Assembly (NCBI GenBank): GCA_016928875.1
Contig: JAFGJY010000012.1
Coordinates: 1-57,232 of the forward strand
DNA from: Candidatus Omnitrophota bacterium
GTDB taxonomy: Bacteria > Omnitrophota > Omnitrophia > JAHJGZ01 > JAFGJY01
DNA: 57,232 nt
Reading direction: 5' to 3'
Shown here: piece after piece, positions 56,576 to 57,232 of the stretch
Numbering within the stretch: position 1 is the stretch's first letter
How the letters are laid out: every line of letters begins with the position of its first letter
The notes under the pieces: generated by a model
Seen by the model: only the letters and a program-made list of their open reading frames with translations
The model's database searches: none
What the model was told of the DNA's origin: nothing
Made by a program: the position numbers and the translations under genes

Positions 56576-57232
56576 CTATTTGAACGATTCTTTTACTTTG
56601 TTGAAAAAAGTCTTACTGTCAGTAACATTTTCCCCGCGAATACGGGCAAGTTCCTCAAAAAGCTTACGCTCGGCACCGGAAAGATTGGTAGGAATTTTGA
56701 CGAATATCTTTACCAACTCATCACCTCGGCCATATCCATGTATGTTGGGAAATCCCTTGCCGCGCAGACGAAAGGTCTTGCCTGTCTGGGTACCGGCAGG
56801 TATTTTTAGCTTCACCTTACCCTCTAATGTCGGTACCTCTACCTGCGCACCTAATGCTGCTTGTGTGATAGATACCTCGAGTTCATACAGCACATCATCA
56901 CCATGCCGCGTAAAATGCTCATGATCTCTCACATATAATTGTACGTATAGATTGCCACGTGGACCGCCGTTATGTCCTGCTTCACCTTCACCTGCGATCT
57001 TGAGCCGTGAGCCGTTATCAACACCCGCCGGGATCTTTAAATGGATCTTACGTGTATGTTTTACGCGTCCCGAACCGCCACATGCATGACAGGGTTTCGT
57101 GATTATCGTGCCTTCGCCTTGACAACGCGCACATGTTCGCGCAATACTGAAAAAACCTTGCGCTACGCGTAATTGCCCCGCACCGCCGCACTCGGGACAG
57201 GTTTGTTTGCTCGTGCCCTTTTCCGCACCTGA
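56576..57232 (-). CDS. dnaJ: Chaperone DnaJ, C-terminal 218 aa (5' end beyond the window)
   Basis: Manual translation from the window edge gives SGAEKGTSKQTCPECGGAGQ...CARCQGEG...CHACGGSG (CxxCxGxG zinc fingers), then the C-terminal domains. The track lists only the internal GTG ORF 56576-56932. Confidence 0.93.
   Translation of the reverse strand, partial: SGAEKGTSKQTCPECGGAGQLRVAQGFFSIARTCARCQGEGTIITKPCHACGGSGRVKHTRKIHLKIPAGVDNGSRLKIAGEGEAGHNGGPRGNLYVQLYVRDHEHFTRHGDDVLYELEVSITQAALGAQVEVPTLEGKVKLKIPAGTQTGKTFRLRGKGFPNIHGYGRGDELVKIFVKIPTNLSGAERKLFEELARIRGENVTDSKTFFNKVKESFK

Noticed and set aside
1-57232. Defence systems, toxin-antitoxin pairs, prophage, integrases or transposases
   Set aside because: No nuclease, helicase, integrase, transposase or phage-structural signature was recognisable in any of the supplied translations.

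Overview
57.2-kb stretch of a bacterial chromosome. GC looks mid-40s percent by eye. The gene content suggests an uncultivated anaerobe, but taxonomy cannot be assigned from sequence alone. I call 47 protein genes, 46 on the minus strand, tightly packed with many 1-4 nt overlaps. I recognised no rRNA, tRNA, CRISPR, transposase, phage or defence genes. Content from left to right: (1) 1-10.5 kb holds a glycosylation-type accessory cluster: secreted CBM-like protein, GT2, B12-radical SAM, DUF115/Maf-like, NHL propeller, GT2+TPR, ATP-grasp, PseG-like and a wHTH protein. (2) Housekeeping genes: lptF/G-family permease, citrate synthase, PilZ, flavin reductase, uvrB, nadC, a pseudouridine synthase and valS. 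(3) Aspartate-family and citramalate genes: cimA, lysC, an ApgM-like predicted homoserine kinase, thrC and hom, with asd, leuB, leuD and leuC further on. (4) 28.5-33.8 kb holds a minor-(pseudo)pilin cluster with a tandemly duplicated two-gene module. (5) prmA (the only plus-strand gene), truA, a GNAT, thiG, glgA and a CBM48 protein. (6) An orphan response regulator and an RND efflux operon: DUF2203, long TolC, adaptor and two RND permeases. (7) RluA-family synthase, thioesterase, VanZ, FmdB zinc ribbon and a partial dnaJ. The best candidates for something undescribed are the duplicated PilX/GspK-like plus coiled-coil membrane-protein module and the Maf/radical-SAM/NHL operon, which has no flagellin or nonulosonate synthase nearby. 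Also notable are several families of perfect palindromic intergenic elements and a strong excess of GATC/CGATCG/GCGATCGC. All functional calls rest on motif recognition in the supplied translations. No database search was run.
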